Shown one piece after another: positions 13,290 to 27,474 of a stretch of 64,000 bases of DNA. The DNA is from Vicugna vicugna (Eukaryota): contig MU058213.1 in the NCBI GenBank assembly GCA_013265495.1, positions 3,410,001 through 3,474,000 on the forward strand, read 5' to 3'. The position numbers were made by a program, and so were the translations under genes. The notes below the pieces were generated by a model. The model searched no databases. It saw nothing but the letters and a program-made list of their open reading frames with translations, and was not told the DNA's origin. Positions within the stretch are counted from its first letter, which is position 1, and the number at the start of each line of letters is the position of its first letter.

Positions 13290-13392
13290 TTTTTAATTGA
13301 AGTATAGTCAATTACAGTGTTTCAATTTCTGGTGTACAGCATAATGTCCCAGTCATACACACACATACATATATTCGTTTTCATATTCTCTC
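13290..13392 (-). mobile_element. Short 5'-truncated young L1 3' end with TSD
   Basis: ttttaattgaagtatagtcaattacagtg...tctggtgtacagc; flanked by direct repeat tctgaaatctttt. Confidence 0.8.
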
Positions 13393-15129
13393 TCTGAAAT
13401 CTTTTAAAATCTGTTCTACACTCACTATCTCCTACCATTGCCCATGTTCCAGCTCTCACCTGGGCCATCGCATTAGAAAGGGCTCTCAACAGACTTCCCC
13501 CTAAAGATTCCAGTCTTTCCATGCTCCAGTCCATTTTCATAGTGACTACAAGGTTCATTTGCCTGTGATCAAGTTTTTCTTCTGATCAAAAAACTTTCAC
13601 TTCTCCCTCATGGCCTGTAAAATGCCAAAAGTGTTTATTAAACAACAAACTCCTTAATCCTATTGTCTCCCCAACCTGGCCTTGATTTACCATTACAACT
13701 TTACTGTCAATATGTTCCTGAATGTATTTGACACTCGGGCCAAAGTGAACCACCTGCTAATTGCCCAATAGCGTTTGAGCTGTCCTGACTCTGAGCCTTT
13801 GCAGATGTCTTCCTGGGTTACTTTCTTTACCCTTCAGTTGCATGCTGCAAAATTGAGACTTTCCCAAATATTATCTGTATTTTTAGGGGCAGCACAGGTG
13901 TTATTTCATCTAAAACCTTATAGTATTCTTTATAACACGTAACTTACACATATTTTACCGTTAGCATTTCGTGGGCACAAATCATGTCTGATTCATCTTG
14001 TGTTCTCCATAATGAGAAGGACACTGCCTTGTAGTTAAGAGGAACTGAATAGGTATTTGTTGACTGAAGAAATGATGAATTACCATCCTGAAATACTGAT
14101 TAAGTTGATGGAAAGCAATTGACAGAAGATTCTCTGGGAGAGCAGTGCAAAGTCCTGTACTTGGAGTTGATCTTGTCTAGTCTACATTTATTACCACTGG
14201 TCTGGATCAAAATACAGTGGGCACACTTATCTTAATTTGCATGTAACACAATGCATAACTAACATGTTGCATGATAGAATGAGAATTTTTTTCCCACTCC
14301 TAGTAGTCGTCTTGAAAGGTAGAAACTCAGAAGAGAGGCCCTGGGGGACTATCAAAGTGAGGATTTGTTACTGGTACACAATTTCCAGGGGAACTGAAAA
14401 AACTTAGGAAACAGGAGCCAGAAGTAACTCATCAGCTACCAGAACTGAAGGGGTTGTTCTGGGGCAGGAAAGGGAAGGTGATCAAGGGTTTGTAGCAGAC
14501 GAGAGCACAGGATATTTTAGAACTGAGGCCAAGAGCACTGGACATCCCCTTGGATATACACCAGCACTGGGAAGAGTTGTGGGGCACTGGTGAGGGCTGG
14601 CCCCATTCACTCATTCAACAAACAACTGAGCATCCAATGTGTTAAAGGCACTGATAGATGCTGCAGATACAGATCTCAGAAAAATATGCTGATACTGAAT
14701 ATTGTGATAAAGTCTGCAATGTTCATGATAATTTGAGGACACAATATTAGGAGCAATTTACACTCCTATAGTGGGATGAAGTGGGAAGGGAGGGAAGAAA
14801 GAAGTGATAGCGGGAGGTGGTCAGTGAGAACTCCTAATAGATCTAACAAGATAATTTTTACTAGCTGAGAGTTTTTTCTCTATTTCTTAAGCTCTGAAAT
14901 AACACAACTCAATGGTTCTTGCTGAAACACTCTCCTTTCTCCTATCCCAGTCCACCCGAGACCACCACTTTTTTTTCTGCTTTGCCTGGACCAGTAAACC
15001 ACAGACAATTGGTGTAGCTGGGCTGTGTGATAAGTGAGAAATGTCTCCCTTATTTTTCAAATAGCTTGGAATTTAACTGAGATAAACATAAACTCATACT
15101 TTTTGGTTAATTTAATTGCATTTGATGGA

Positions 15130-15425
15130 TAGGAGTCAGGGTTGGTCATGGAGAAACCTGGCTTATCTGCAGTTTGAGAGAAAGTGGCCTGTAGATACTG
15201 ATCATAAATAAGGCAACAATGCATGTGGTGGCCATCATGCTAATGCATCTGTGTTGTGTTCATAGATGCATGTTGTCCAGGACAAAGATAGTTCAGTCTC
15301 ATAAGTCATTTTGGTCATACGAGGTCTAGTGTATTATAGTCGTTTCTGAATTCCACATTTTAAGAGGCAAGGTCTAGAATGCTGGCAGAGAATAACCAAG
15401 AGGGTAAATGTTTGGAAGCCAAAAT
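15130..15425 (+). mobile_element. Possible L3/CR1 LINE fragment
   Basis: gtattatagtcgtttctgaattccacattttaagagg...gagaataaccaagagggt...tggaagcc resembles the CR1/L3 3' ORF2 region. Confidence 0.45.
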
Positions 15426-18400
15426 AATATATCAGCAACAGCAATAGCTAATCCTTTCTACAGAGGAGGACACAGGCTTGGAGAGGTTAAAAAACTTACT
15501 CAGGGGTTATACAGCCCATAAGTGATAATGCAGGTTTCAAACTTGGGCTTGTCTGATCCATGCTTTATTGCTTTGTGTGTATTTGTTTCCTTAAACCACA
15601 CCAAGAGTGGCTTTATCATTGGATTCATATTTGTCTTTGATCATGTTTGAAAGTCTATAGTAGATAAGATTTAACATCAACTAAACTCTTCCTTTTTCTA
15701 ATTTTATGCTGATTTTACTACATTAGTATATTAAGCGACACTCAACCAAACTTTTGTTTCAGGGGTTTTGCTACAAAGTGTCTAAGAAATAGGAAGCAAA
15801 ATGTGCGTGTGGGTGAACACATGGCAGTGGGATAAATTCTAACACCTGCGAGTTAATCATCCCCTCCTCCTCAGCAATGAGCTTATCTTCATGCAAGAGC
15901 TCTCTGTCCAGCTCTGCTCAATACAGCTCAAGGGGAAGAAAGAAAAACAATCAGGAAATGGCAAGTTTGAGGATGCTGAAGAGAATTGAAGATCTGTAAA
16001 GTGAGATCAATGGGAAGAGGTGGGGAAAAAATGTTTAGATCAAAGAACTTAAAGTTGGGGAATAAATTGACAATAAAACTAGGGGATTTAGAAACCCCCC
16101 ATCTTCCAGCGCATCCTGCTGCAGGTCTTGGACCACTAAAGAGATACATGTTCTTACTCAGGCTCTGTTTGGTGGATCAGAAGAGAAAAGTGGAGGTGGT
16201 GGTGGGAGGGGACGCTGTGTACTAAGATATTGGCCCCAACACCTTCATGCTTCATTAGAGGCACTCCAGGGGTCTAAAGGGACTTCGGCACTCCATTTCT
16301 AGACACACCCACACTAAGCTTTCATTTAGTACATTCATAAATCTTTTATGACTGTCCTCAAATAGTGCACCATGCCCCAACACCTTTACATAGCACCTAG
16401 CAAAGTGCTTTGCACACAGTGGACCAGGAGGTCCCCAAATTTTCCAAGGGAGGAATAAACTGCCATTCACTTTGTCTCCTGATGAATGAAGTGGTGCTGA
16501 TAGTCTGAGGTCAGTAGTTGGTATGTGTGTGGTGGAGCTGATGTGGAAGTCGGGATAGGAACAGAGTGTACAATTAAAAGCCTCTGAATTGCATCCACCC
16601 CACCCCCAGTTCATCTGGCCAGTGTTTTGAGCCTCAAGCTAGGAGAGCACCAAGCTCTCTCCACTCCCTGCCGTGGGAAATGCTGATGACACACACAAAG
16701 AGAGAGAGAGATAGTGGCAATTTCTAGCCCATAGTTTACTGAGTTACGTTTTATGAACCAATAATTTTCTTGATCAGCCCCTCAAAGACCTCTATAAATG
16801 GGTAAGTATTTAATGCCTCATTGAAAATGCATTTTATATCAATGGGAACTTTCAAGCCTGTCACTTTATATTGGCTGGCTCTTACTCCTGCTCCTATCCG
16901 CCGTACATAATAGCACTAGTGGGATTTAGTAACTGCTGTTTACTGTCTGCTGGGTGACTGTGTCCACATGGTTCACCATCTCTATCTAGGAGCCCATAAA
17001 CCTGTAGATCCTTGACACTAAGCACACATTCTTTCAGCTGACAAACATGCAGATAGATTTCTCTAGTTTGCAGATTGTACGGCTATCGCTGGTGAGGGAT
17101 GGATGCTATGTGAAGGTGATTAGGGGAGAATAGTCTCACTGATTACAGACGTAGTATCTTTAAAGTTAGTGTAAGATGGTAAAATATTTTTGGATCACTG
17201 CAAGACTATAACAGTCAGAGGAGGAAAGGTAAATGAATGTAGGGACATATATAACCATATAAATAGAATGCAGTTGCTTTGGCTGGCATTTTGCAGAGAA
17301 TTTATACTCTGCAAGTTCAAATTTCTTATTAAAATAACTAAGACTGATGACTTAGCAGGTTAGTAGTTGCTTTATATTTATATTTGCTTTTAAAAAATAG
17401 TGTCTACCAGTAAAGACTCATTTTACAATGTAGAGCAACATTCTCCTGTAGCGTTTTTAATGATAACTGTGAGTTGAGTAGTCTGATATGTTTTCATTTT
17501 CCAAAATGAAGATGTATGACTATATATTTTAGGAGTGGTAGGGATGACTTATTACACATGCTGACAAAAACTGATCCTCCACAATTATGAAAGTTTTAGG
17601 AATTAGAAGAGATTTTAATTTTACAGCTTGATTCTGAACACTTCCCTTAGGTGTGCAATCATATTCCGCTCAGCAATCATATTCCCATTTGTACCAGTCA
17701 AAACCCATTTATCACTGAAAGGCAGCAGCTCATGTGAAATGGTACCCTGGGTACTTGCTTTCAGTTCAAAGCTCTTGCACCAGTGAAGACACGTTAATTT
17801 CTTCAAAAATGTCCGAGTGGCCCTTTCATAGCCGCAAGATTGCAAGAAACCCTTTTCTGAGTCCCACAGAGGTTGTTCTGCTTTATCACCTTGAATGGAG
17901 GGAGTGGGGGAGGAGCTGCCCTCTCTTCCTCCATCTCTACTTGAGGAATCTGACTTAGCTTGGAGGAGTCCTGACTGAAATCTCACTATGTGTCTTCTAA
18001 GACTGCTTCATTATCTTATAGGGTGGAAGGAGGCAGAGAAAGAACAGGGATAAAGGAAGGCCCTCCCTGGCCTCTCCCCACCTAGAGTCCCCCACTCTCC
18101 CCCACTGTCACCCTCTGTCCCCTTACCCAGCACAGCATCATCACATATATTTATTGTGCTCTATTTACTTCCTCTCTCTCCCACTAGAGGACTTCATCTG
18201 GCTTACAGCAAGCCGAAGACTTTTCTGGCAGAAAGTGGATACATCTAGTCAATGAGTGCATTAGTGCATTTTGTAGACATAATCATTTCATCTGCTCATA
18301 GTTTAATATTAATGTCAGGAGAATGCTAATTGTGTGAAATAGACTTTTTCTCTGATTTGAAATTCTATCAGGTCAATATAAAATGCCTTTTTGGAAGAAT

Positions 18401-19247
18401 TTCCTTCAAGCAGCTAACAAACAGTATTTGGTTTAATGGGGCAAACACATACTCAGGCACTCTGCTGGATGCTGAGAAAACCAAGATGAAATCATGCAGC
18501 TCTAACCCTCATAAAACTCACATCATAACTGTGGAGACAGACATATAAACAGATGCTGATAAGACTCCGTGGTGCCTGCTGTAACAGCGGTATGTACACA
18601 GTGCTGGGGGACTGGGCTGGGTAGGGATGTGTTTAAGTGGTGGACAGGATGATTCAAGACAGGATAGAATTCAAAATATTAATTTACATATCATTAAAGT
18701 AACACATGTACACAAAGACTCATGATAACAACGAGCAGGTCTGTGCACCCCTCCCCCGACCAGAGCCTCCATCTCCCTCGTGCAGTCTGGGCTGGTGTTC
18801 CTATCAGCTGCTGCAAAGCTCTTGTTCTGGGACTTCCCTGTCTTGTTCTCCAGAGTTGGACTCATGTTTCCTGGATCCTGTGTCTTCTTTCTAGCTAATT
18901 CCTTTATTTTGCTAAAGCATACCCTGAAGTAGATCTCCAAGAAAGGGTGTTTGGGAGGTATTATTTGAGTCCTCGAATATCCAAAAATGCCTTTTTTCCC
19001 ACTCTTATTCTTGATTGACAGTGTGGCTGAGATAACATATTCTTAATTGAAAATGACCATTCTTCGAAATTTTAAAGGCTTTCACTCTCTTCTGGCATTA
19101 TTTTGTGTTGAAGAGTCCTTTAAATCGTTCTGATTCCCAATGCTTTGAACATGGCTTGATTTTTCTCTCTGAATGTCTTTAGGATTATCTCTTTATCCAA
19201 GGTGCTCTGAAATTTCACCATCACATGCCACGGTGTAGGTTATTCAC

Positions 19248-19975
19248 TTTTATTGAAGTATAGTTGATTTACAATATTGTGTTAATTTCAGGAGTACAGC
19301 AAAGTGATTCAGATATATATGTGTGTATATATATATATATATATTCTTTTTCAGATTTTCTTCCATTATAGATTGTTATAAAATATTGACTATAGTTCCC
19401 TGTGCTATACGGTAAATACTTGTTGTTTATCTATTTTATATACATTACTGTGGATCTGTTAATGCCATACTCCTAATTTACCCCTCCCCTTCCTTTCCTC
19501 TCTGGTAACCATACATTTGTTTTCTTTGTCTGTGAGTCTGTTTCTGTTTGTAAATAAATTCACTTTTATTATTTTTTTAGATTCCACATGTAAGTGATAT
19601 CATATAATATTGTCTTTCTCTGTCTGACTTATTTTATTCAGTATGATAATCTCTAGGTCCTTTCATGTTACTACCAATGACAATATGTCATTCTTTTTAT
19701 AGCTGAGTAATATTCCATTGTGTGTGTGTGTGTGTGTGTGTGTATCACGTCTTCTTTATTCATTCATCTGTCAGTGGACACTTAGGTTGCTCTCATGTTT
19801 TGGCTATTGTAAATAGTGCTGCTATGAACCCTGGGGTCCATGTATCTTTTCGAACTAGAGTTTTCTCTGGATATATGCCCAGGAGTGGGATTGCTGGATC
19901 ATATGGTAACTCTAGTTTTAGTTTTTTAAGGAATTTCCTTACTGTTTTCCATAGTGGCTGCACCAGTTTATATTT
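19248..19975 (-). mobile_element. L1 3' end (~730 bp) inserted into an older L1M fragment
   Basis: ttttattgaagtatagttgatttacaat...ttccctgtgctatac...gattccacatgtaagtga...ggatatatgcccaggagtgggattgctggatcatatggt...catagtggctgcacc. Confidence 0.9.
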
Positions 19976-20944
19976 GGCATGGGTTATTTCTCATTTATCA
20001 TTCCAACAACCAGTGGGCTCTTTCACAGTTTTAAATTTCTGGAGAGAAAAAATAACTTTATTGACTTTTATCAGCCTGCAATGTTGCCTGATCATGATTT
20101 CAGAAAAATTAGAGAGAAAATTGTATTTTAATAGTTACTTTTGGTTGTTTGCCTAACTTAACCCAACTTAAAAAATTTATAATATGAAAGAAATTTCAAA
20201 AGCAGTGTTCTTTTCTAAAAAGTAAACTAGTACCATATAGTATTGCCTTCCTTTTTGTAACTTTTATAGTTTAAGAGTTTTTACAAACTTGACCTCATAC
20301 AATATTTTACCAGCTATTTTATAATATTTTTTAAATGTTCATCACAAAAGCAGTGACTAAAAACTCATTTGATATATTTTTTTCTTTTTTGTATTTCTTA
20401 AAGAAATGACAGGTAGAAGGGTGATTTTCTTTGATCAAGGATCAGTTTAGCATCTTCATTGCTCTAGATAAATTAAAAGAACAGGTTAATGAAAAAAGGC
20501 TGTCTGTTCAAGAATGTAAAAAGTGAGGCAGATGAATTAGATTTGGAAATGGAAAATCCAAGGAGAGAAAAACGACAAAGAATGAGTAATCTGTGAGAGG
20601 AACTGGGCTAATATTTTAGAAATTAAAACAAAATGTCATACTTTGTGTACTAAGGTGAAAAATAGGTCTAACTTCATGGGTCTGGAAGGGCCCAACTTGC
20701 TGAGAGAGGATTAAGCAATGAATCCTCCACTTTCAATGCCAGTCTCTGATTTCACCACCAGATAAATACCTTTTGGTCTCCCATCCACTCTAAGAATAGA
20801 AATATATTTCTTGCCTCAGTCTTAAGTTTAAGATTAGCTCCCATGGCTTTCTAAATTATTCTGTGAATGCTCATAAGAGCAAAACAAAAATTCAAAATTT
20901 GTTAAACCCACATCTTTCACTAAATTATTTTTGCCTAATAGTTT

Positions 20945-21011
20945 TTCCTTCCTTCCTTCCTTCCTTCCTTCCTTCCTTCCTTCCTTCCTTCCTTCCTTCC
21001 TTCCTTCCTTT
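20945..21011. repeat. (CCTT)n microsatellite
   Basis: About 16 perfect tetranucleotide units. Confidence 0.97.
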
Positions 21012-21229
21012 ACTTCAAGAGAAATCCAAATCTTAGACTACACTGGCGAAAAAAAAAAATGCTCATTTTAACTACTAAACATTACTTGATTTGGAACTAG
21101 CTGTATACATGAAGTTTTCCTTCCAAATTTCCATTTTTATCTTTATAGTCATTGTAGTTATCAAGAGTGAATTCTTTACTCTTGATTCTGGCTAATTGAT
21201 TTCAATTTTTTTCCCCTTCATTCATCTAG

Positions 21230-21410
21230 TTTCATGATATTGGGCAAGTCGTTTAATCCCCTGAACTACAGTTTCCCTACCTGTGATATATAGATAATAA
21301 TTAGTACCTATATCACAGTACTGATACAAAGACTAAATGAGATAATACATATAAACAGTTTGGCAGAGTGTCTGGCACATCAAATAAATGCTCAACAAAT
21401 GTAAACTGTA
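21230..21410. mobile_element. MIR SINE
   Basis: ttgggcaagtcgtttaatcccctgaactacagtttccctacctgtga...taaatgagataat...tggcacat...aaatgctcaacaaat. Confidence 0.75.
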
Positions 21411-22340
21411 TTATATTTGCATATAAAATGTGCTACCGAGCTCCATGTCCTGTCAAGCATTTAACATTCCAAAAGAGCTCTGATTTTGTGCTCAGTGAAC
21501 ACAATGAGGATTCTGGTCTTACAAAAGGTCAGAAAAATATCTGATGCAAGCTTTCCTCCATGTGAACTATTGGAATCAATGCACAGGTATCCAGTTCCAT
21601 GTCTGTAATGACCAAGAAACTTCAAATCCGCCTGCCCTACCAAATAGGGTTACACACCGATTTGTAGCGTGTACTTATATGCATCTCCTCTAGATATTGG
21701 TGGTGCATATGACAGTCACCTTGGCTTATAAGAATTTGACTAACTTGAGTCTAAAATAATTTGTTAGATGTTTGCAGCCACTGTGACCTGATAGGAAGGT
21801 TCTTCATATAAGGAAGGTGCTGAGCAACATGAATTGATCAAGTTTGGTTTCTGCGTGCTGTTCTGGTAGGCCCCTGTTTCACATTTTCAGTGGCACCTGA
21901 AACACTTAGTCTGGAAATCTCTTCAGTGAGATACTTAATTCATTAGATACATTTATTACTTTTCTATTACTACAACATAACCAGGATCGACTTTCCTCCA
22001 GTTTCTAATAAAATTTTCCTAACATTCCTCTGAGACCTCAGTGTCAGCTTTCTCAAAGGCCACCAGGCTTCAACGGGCTGTCTCTTCAAAGCCCTTTAGG
22101 CTTTTACTAGTGCTCTCTTTAAAGTCCTTCCAGTTTCTTCCCATTGTCTGGCCCCAAATTTCTCTCATATTCTAAGTTTGTTTGTTTGTTTGTTTATTTT
22201 ATTTGTTTGTTTGTTTTGGCAGCAGCCCACTCTTAGGTAACAAAATCTGTACTGGTTATCTATTGGTGCATAGCAAATTACCCCCAATTTAGCGTCCAAA
22301 AATAACAGTAACCATTTTTTATCCTTATAGTTTCTGTCAA

Positions 22341-22830
22341 TGTGTTATTTTTCTATGACCGTTGCAACAAATTCCCATAAGCACAGTGACCTAGAACAAC
22401 AGACCGATCATCTTCCAGCTCTGTAGGTCAGAAGTCTGATACAGGTCTCCCTGGGCTAACACCCGGGTGTCAGCAGGGCTGCCTTCCTTTCTGGAGGCTC
22501 CAGCAAGTCTTTTTTCTTGCACTTTCCAGATTCTGGAGACCTCCACATTCCTTTTCTCATGCCATTTTCTCCATCTTCAAAGCCAGCAATGGTGGCCAAG
22601 TTCTCGCAGGGCTTCACTCTGACCTCTTGTCCTTTCCTCTTCCACATTTAAGGAGATTTGTGATTGCATTGGGCCCGCATGGATAGCCCAGGATATTGTT
22701 TCAAGGTCAGATGATGAACAAACTTAATTTCATCTGCTACCTTGATTCCCCTTCGCTATGTAACATCCCATAGTCACAGGTTCTGGGGATTATGACATGG
22801 ACATCTTGGAGAGGGAGTCATTATTCTGCC
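22341..22830. mobile_element. MLT1-type (ERVL-MaLR) LTR nested within older MaLR sequence (~21950-23200)
   Basis: gcaacaaattccc...ctgtaggtcagaagtctga...gtgtcagcagggctg..ttcctttctggaggctc...ggttctggggattatgacatggacatctt...attattctgcc. Confidence 0.8.
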
Positions 22831-25800
22831 TGTTCCAGTGGATCAGAAATTCAGGAGCATCTTCACTCAGGGTCTCTCATCAGGTTGCTATCAGGTTGTC
22901 AGCTGAACTTGGAGGATGTACTTCCCAGGAGACTCACCAAGTTGATGCTGGTTCTTGGTGAAAGGCCTCAGTTTCTTCCCATTTAAGACTCTTCTGCTGC
23001 TTGCAAGTCCTCAAGACATGACTAATGACTTCCCTTAGAGTGAGTGATTCAAGAGAGCCAAGCAGAAGCAGCAAGTTCTTCCATGACCTAGCCTCAGAAG
23101 TCACACACTGACACTTCCACTTTATTCTATAGATCGCAGAGATTAACTGGTACAATGTCGGAGAGACCACACAGGATGGGAGTTACCGGTATAGTAGGTG
23201 AATGCCCCGTGCAGAGGGTGAGGCTAATGGGGGGCCCTACTGGAGGCAAGCTACCACACTGCCCACCTCCCTACCCCCATCACACTCCTGTGTGTGTTCT
23301 CTGCTCCCTGCTGACTCACACCACTCTTCCTTTCACTCATTTGCTTGTAAGTCAGTTTCCTTTTCCCTCGTTTTGACTTTGTTGAGGTCAGGAGTTATGC
23401 TTATTTAGTTCTGAATCCCTAACATCCAGCACATTGTGGTTGGATGAAAGTTAGTTAAGGAAAAAAGGCCCGAGGACCAGAACTTGGGAGCCAAGCCACT
23501 CTTATAAGGAAGACTTGGTGAATTTGGAAGGCAGCTTACTTGAACTGGAAAACTAGCCAGAGAGAATCTTGTGATGGCAAATCCCTTGAGTGAGAAAATA
23601 TCTTTATACTAAAGTAAGGAACTTGAAGGCTGGGGACTAGGTGTAGCTTTTGATTGCTCTCCTGCCTTGAATAAAATTGAAACAATTAAAATTGAAACCA
23701 TGTTGAATACCTGCAGTCTTTTTAATTGTCTATTTGCACATGGAGACCCCTCATTCTAAACAGGTCATTCTTGATCTTTCAACATTTGACTGCGTGGTGA
23801 GAATAACTGAAGATTGCTTACTTAGGCCCCCTTTCTTTTTCTCTAAGCGTCTCTATGCACCAGAGACACTGCTGACAATTCCTCCAAAGACAAGGCTGGT
23901 TTGGACCCCTAAAATTTCAGATTCTAGCCATCCTGTGTTCTCTCTGTCTTGCATAGAAGCATGAAAGTTTACAGGGACATACACTATGTTTGTTCTCTGA
24001 GTGTCCCTATGAAACGTACTGAGTTTTCCAAACTGTGTATTAATGTAGACACTGTAGAGATTTTTATGTCAGTGACAATTATTGAGTATCCTGTGTTAGT
24101 GAAAAAGGTTTCAAATTAGACTGCTTGAATTTCTAAATAGAAACCAGAGAGACTTTTGCATAATATGTGAATTGAAAGGAAAGAATCTGCCAGTTTCTGG
24201 CCAAAAGGTGACCCCTATAAAGACATATTTGTTAGTTGTGAGTGACAGAGGTTACAGAGCCAGCCAGGACCATTTCTAAAGTGTTAAGCTGACCCTAGGT
24301 AACCAGGTCATGAGGTCGGTTGGGGTCAGGATTGGTCGAGGAGAACTCTTTGCCTTTTGTGGAGAGCTTTTAAAAGGCTTCAGGGTGCTGTCCCTCCCTC
24401 TCTTCTTTCTGGTCTCATCCTGTTTTCTAAAAGCCAGTATGATTTGGAAACTGACTCACTGGCTGACCTCCCCAGCCTGGGGCACATGGACAACCAGATG
24501 TGGAGTTCAAACCTCTTCCCGTTTGGCAGGGTGGCCAAAGCCATGGAGACTGGGCAAGGGGAATCTCCCATCCCTCGTGTTTTTGGTATGTAAGAATCAT
24601 TTAATATCTTGACATTATTTCCCTTTGGCCTCTCTGAGTTTATGAGTTTAAATCGACGTCTTTGATGATCTTGAGCAAGTCATTCAACCATCTAGGGACT
24701 CATTTTTTTTCTCATCAACAAAATGAGAAAGTTGGACTGCATGATATATTCTTGCTGTTTGTTTTTCTTGCTTTTATTTTGTTAGTCTGAGTAGTTAAAA
24801 TGCCTACGGTTTTTTTTTTTGTTCCTGATAAATAAAGAATTAAAGACAGGCCACACATTCCCTATAATCTCTCTCTGGGAATGAAGACATTGGATTCCTC
24901 TCGTTCTTGCAAACTAATCTTTATGTTTAATTGTCTGTATTATAGAAGGTGGAGTAAGACATTGTGAGCACCCTTCCCAAGTGCTAACCCTTAACCTTCA
25001 GCCCCAAACTACTTACGAACTTCTTAAATACAAGCTTTGAAGATTTTGCACACAAGATATACTCAGCTTATGGTTGCATTTGGTTTCTCTGGCATCTAAT
25101 TTGTCCATTGCTGAGGTCAGACTTGGGACAATGATCTCTTATTAAAAGAACTTTGTCTTTCCCTCTTGTGGACATTTTAAAGCACATTTGGACAGACCTC
25201 TTTTAAAGAGAAATTCAGTGATTTGCTCACATACGACTTAACTGATACAGGGACGTTTCCTCTTTGTTAACCTCTCTCCATCCATTTGAAAAGGAAATCA
25301 GCAAATTTTTGAAAAGCAAATTTTTGAAAATTTGAAAATCAGCAAATTTTTGAAAATTTGAAAAAGAAATCATGAGTCCTCTCTACCTCTGCACTTTCTC
25401 TTTTCCTTTCTTTCGAAAATCTGCGGGAATCTGAGTCTGACTTTGGAGTATTTTCCAGGCTTCCAGCCGCAGTGATCTCAGCTCTCTGAAACCACAGTTG
25501 CTCCCAGCATCAGGGTTCCCCCAGAGGAGGCTACTCCAATAGTTGGAAGTCTAAAGCACCCCATGCACCTGGACCTCCGCACACACCCAGTGAGGACCCG
25601 GGCAGGCCCAGGGCAGTTCTGGCAGCCAGATGCTCATCTAGTCCCTTCCGCCTCCATTTTAGGAGAAAATGACCAGAAGAAGAGGAAATGATTGTGTTAA
25701 TGATCGTGGCCTCACAAAATCTAGCGTATATGATGGAGGAACAGAATATGGGAAGGGCAGGCCCTGAATACTTGATGGAGAAACCTGCATTTGTTTCTAT

Positions 25801-27091
25801 CTGAATCAATTCAAGAAATACTCATATGAGTAAAATTCTGACATGTGAACAATGCAGATGTATCAGACACACAAGAAGTATAAGATGTGGGCCCACAATT
25901 CAGTGGAAGAGAAAGAAAAATATGTACACATAGGACGTAAATACAACCACATAAAGACACGGAAGCAATGCTTGCAGGGATGGAGAGGAAAATGAGTTAT
26001 TCTGATGGGGAGACTTCCAGAAGGCTCTCTGTAGGAGGCAGCATATTAGCCTGGTCTTGAAGAATGTGTATGATTTAATGAACAGGTTTTGCAAGGGGGA
26101 CAGAGGTCAGGGAGAGTCTTCCAGCAAGAGGGAAGAGAAAACAGCTTGAGTGGAAATCCTAGAGGAGGAAGCAAATGGTAAGAGGCACACAGGATGGGGT
26201 TAGGAGGTTCTTGAACAATTTGTGAAATCATATTGAGGAAGAGAAATACGAAATTATAATAGCTGGATGGAGAGCAGGAAGAAATTTTAAAGATCCCTTT
26301 AGAGGCTTAGTCTAACATTATTTTGGTTAAGAAAACAATATGTAAATGACACACACACACACAAAAAACGGTTTGGATGACACAGAACATCTCGGAAAAT
26401 GTCTAGCAGTTATTGAGACACCATTAGGATGTAGGTTGGAAAAGAGAAGGTAATACTCCCTTATGAGCTAAAGCTCCCTTAAGGGATAATCATTCCTATT
26501 GTAAGGATAAATCAGACAATTGAGGTTAAGAGCTTAATATTATGCCAAATCCCTAAATGGTAGTTGATATTGTTTTAAAATATTTTATGTTTATTGCTAT
26601 TATTCTAGTTCTATGAAACTTAAGTACAAAAAGACTCAGAAGTATGGGCCCTGAGAAGGGAGGGGAGGAAAGCATCAAAACGTGACCCTAAGGATTCAGA
26701 GAACAGAGGTGTCAGTGCAGCAAGAGTGAGGCTAGGCTCTCGGACAGCTAGTCCCCTGTGGGCCTTTCCTCCCGCCTTGTGCTCTAAGCTCCACCAACTT
26801 CTTCAACAGTCAGAAACCACTGCTGTCTCCCTCTCAATTTCCTACCCGTGCCCCTAGTTCTGGGCCAGTGCCAGCCCCTTCCGTGAGCGTTTGCCCTCCT
26901 GCCAGTCAGAGTGCAGGAGTGTCTCTTCTTGTTGCTCATTACTTTCAGTCTGGACATGCTTGAGTGTAAGTCACTCTTCCTCCCCTGGACTTCTTTGGGT
27001 GCCTTGCAATTAGGAGGTGCCCAAGAAACATTCATTGAAATAAAAGTGACATATAGTGAGTTTAAAATTTACTACAGTTCAACTAAAAAAA

Positions 27092-27183
27092 TTCTTTTTC
27101 TCTAAATGGAGGTGCTAAGGATTGAACCCAGGACCTCATGCACGCTAAGCATGTGCGCCACCACTGAACTATACCACCTCTCT
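27092..27183 (-). mobile_element. tRNA-derived SINE (Vic-1-like), truncated
   Basis: ggaggtgctaaggattgaacccaggacctcatgcacgctaagcatgtgcgccaccactgaactatacc is the reverse complement of a tRNA-like A/B-box head. Confidence 0.8.
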
Positions 27184-27474
27184 ACCCTGTAGTTAAATTT
27201 TTTAGGTAGGTGTTGGGGTTAGCCTCAAACCCCAGATGTGTTAAAAAAAAAAAGTTTACTTTTCTATAAGTCCTAATTCCTCAGGGTGACAGAAATTTAG
27301 GGGGAACCCTGACTTTCCCTTAGGACTGAATTAAGTCCTGGAAGGCTCACTGAGAGCCATCTTGTACTCAGCCTTCCATCTGCACAGCTCACGGCCGAGT
27401 TGTCTCTCGTCCCTTGACTCTTCTCTGTGCTTCTCAGGCTCAAGGGTGCTCCTTCTAACACCCAGGCCAAGTTA

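Noticed and set aside
19722..20156. 144-aa ORF
   Set aside because: Antisense reading of an L1 3' region, starting in a (TG)n tract.
25400..25809. Peptide-like frames on both strands
   Set aside because: No frame with matching acceptor and donor; indistinguishable from chance.
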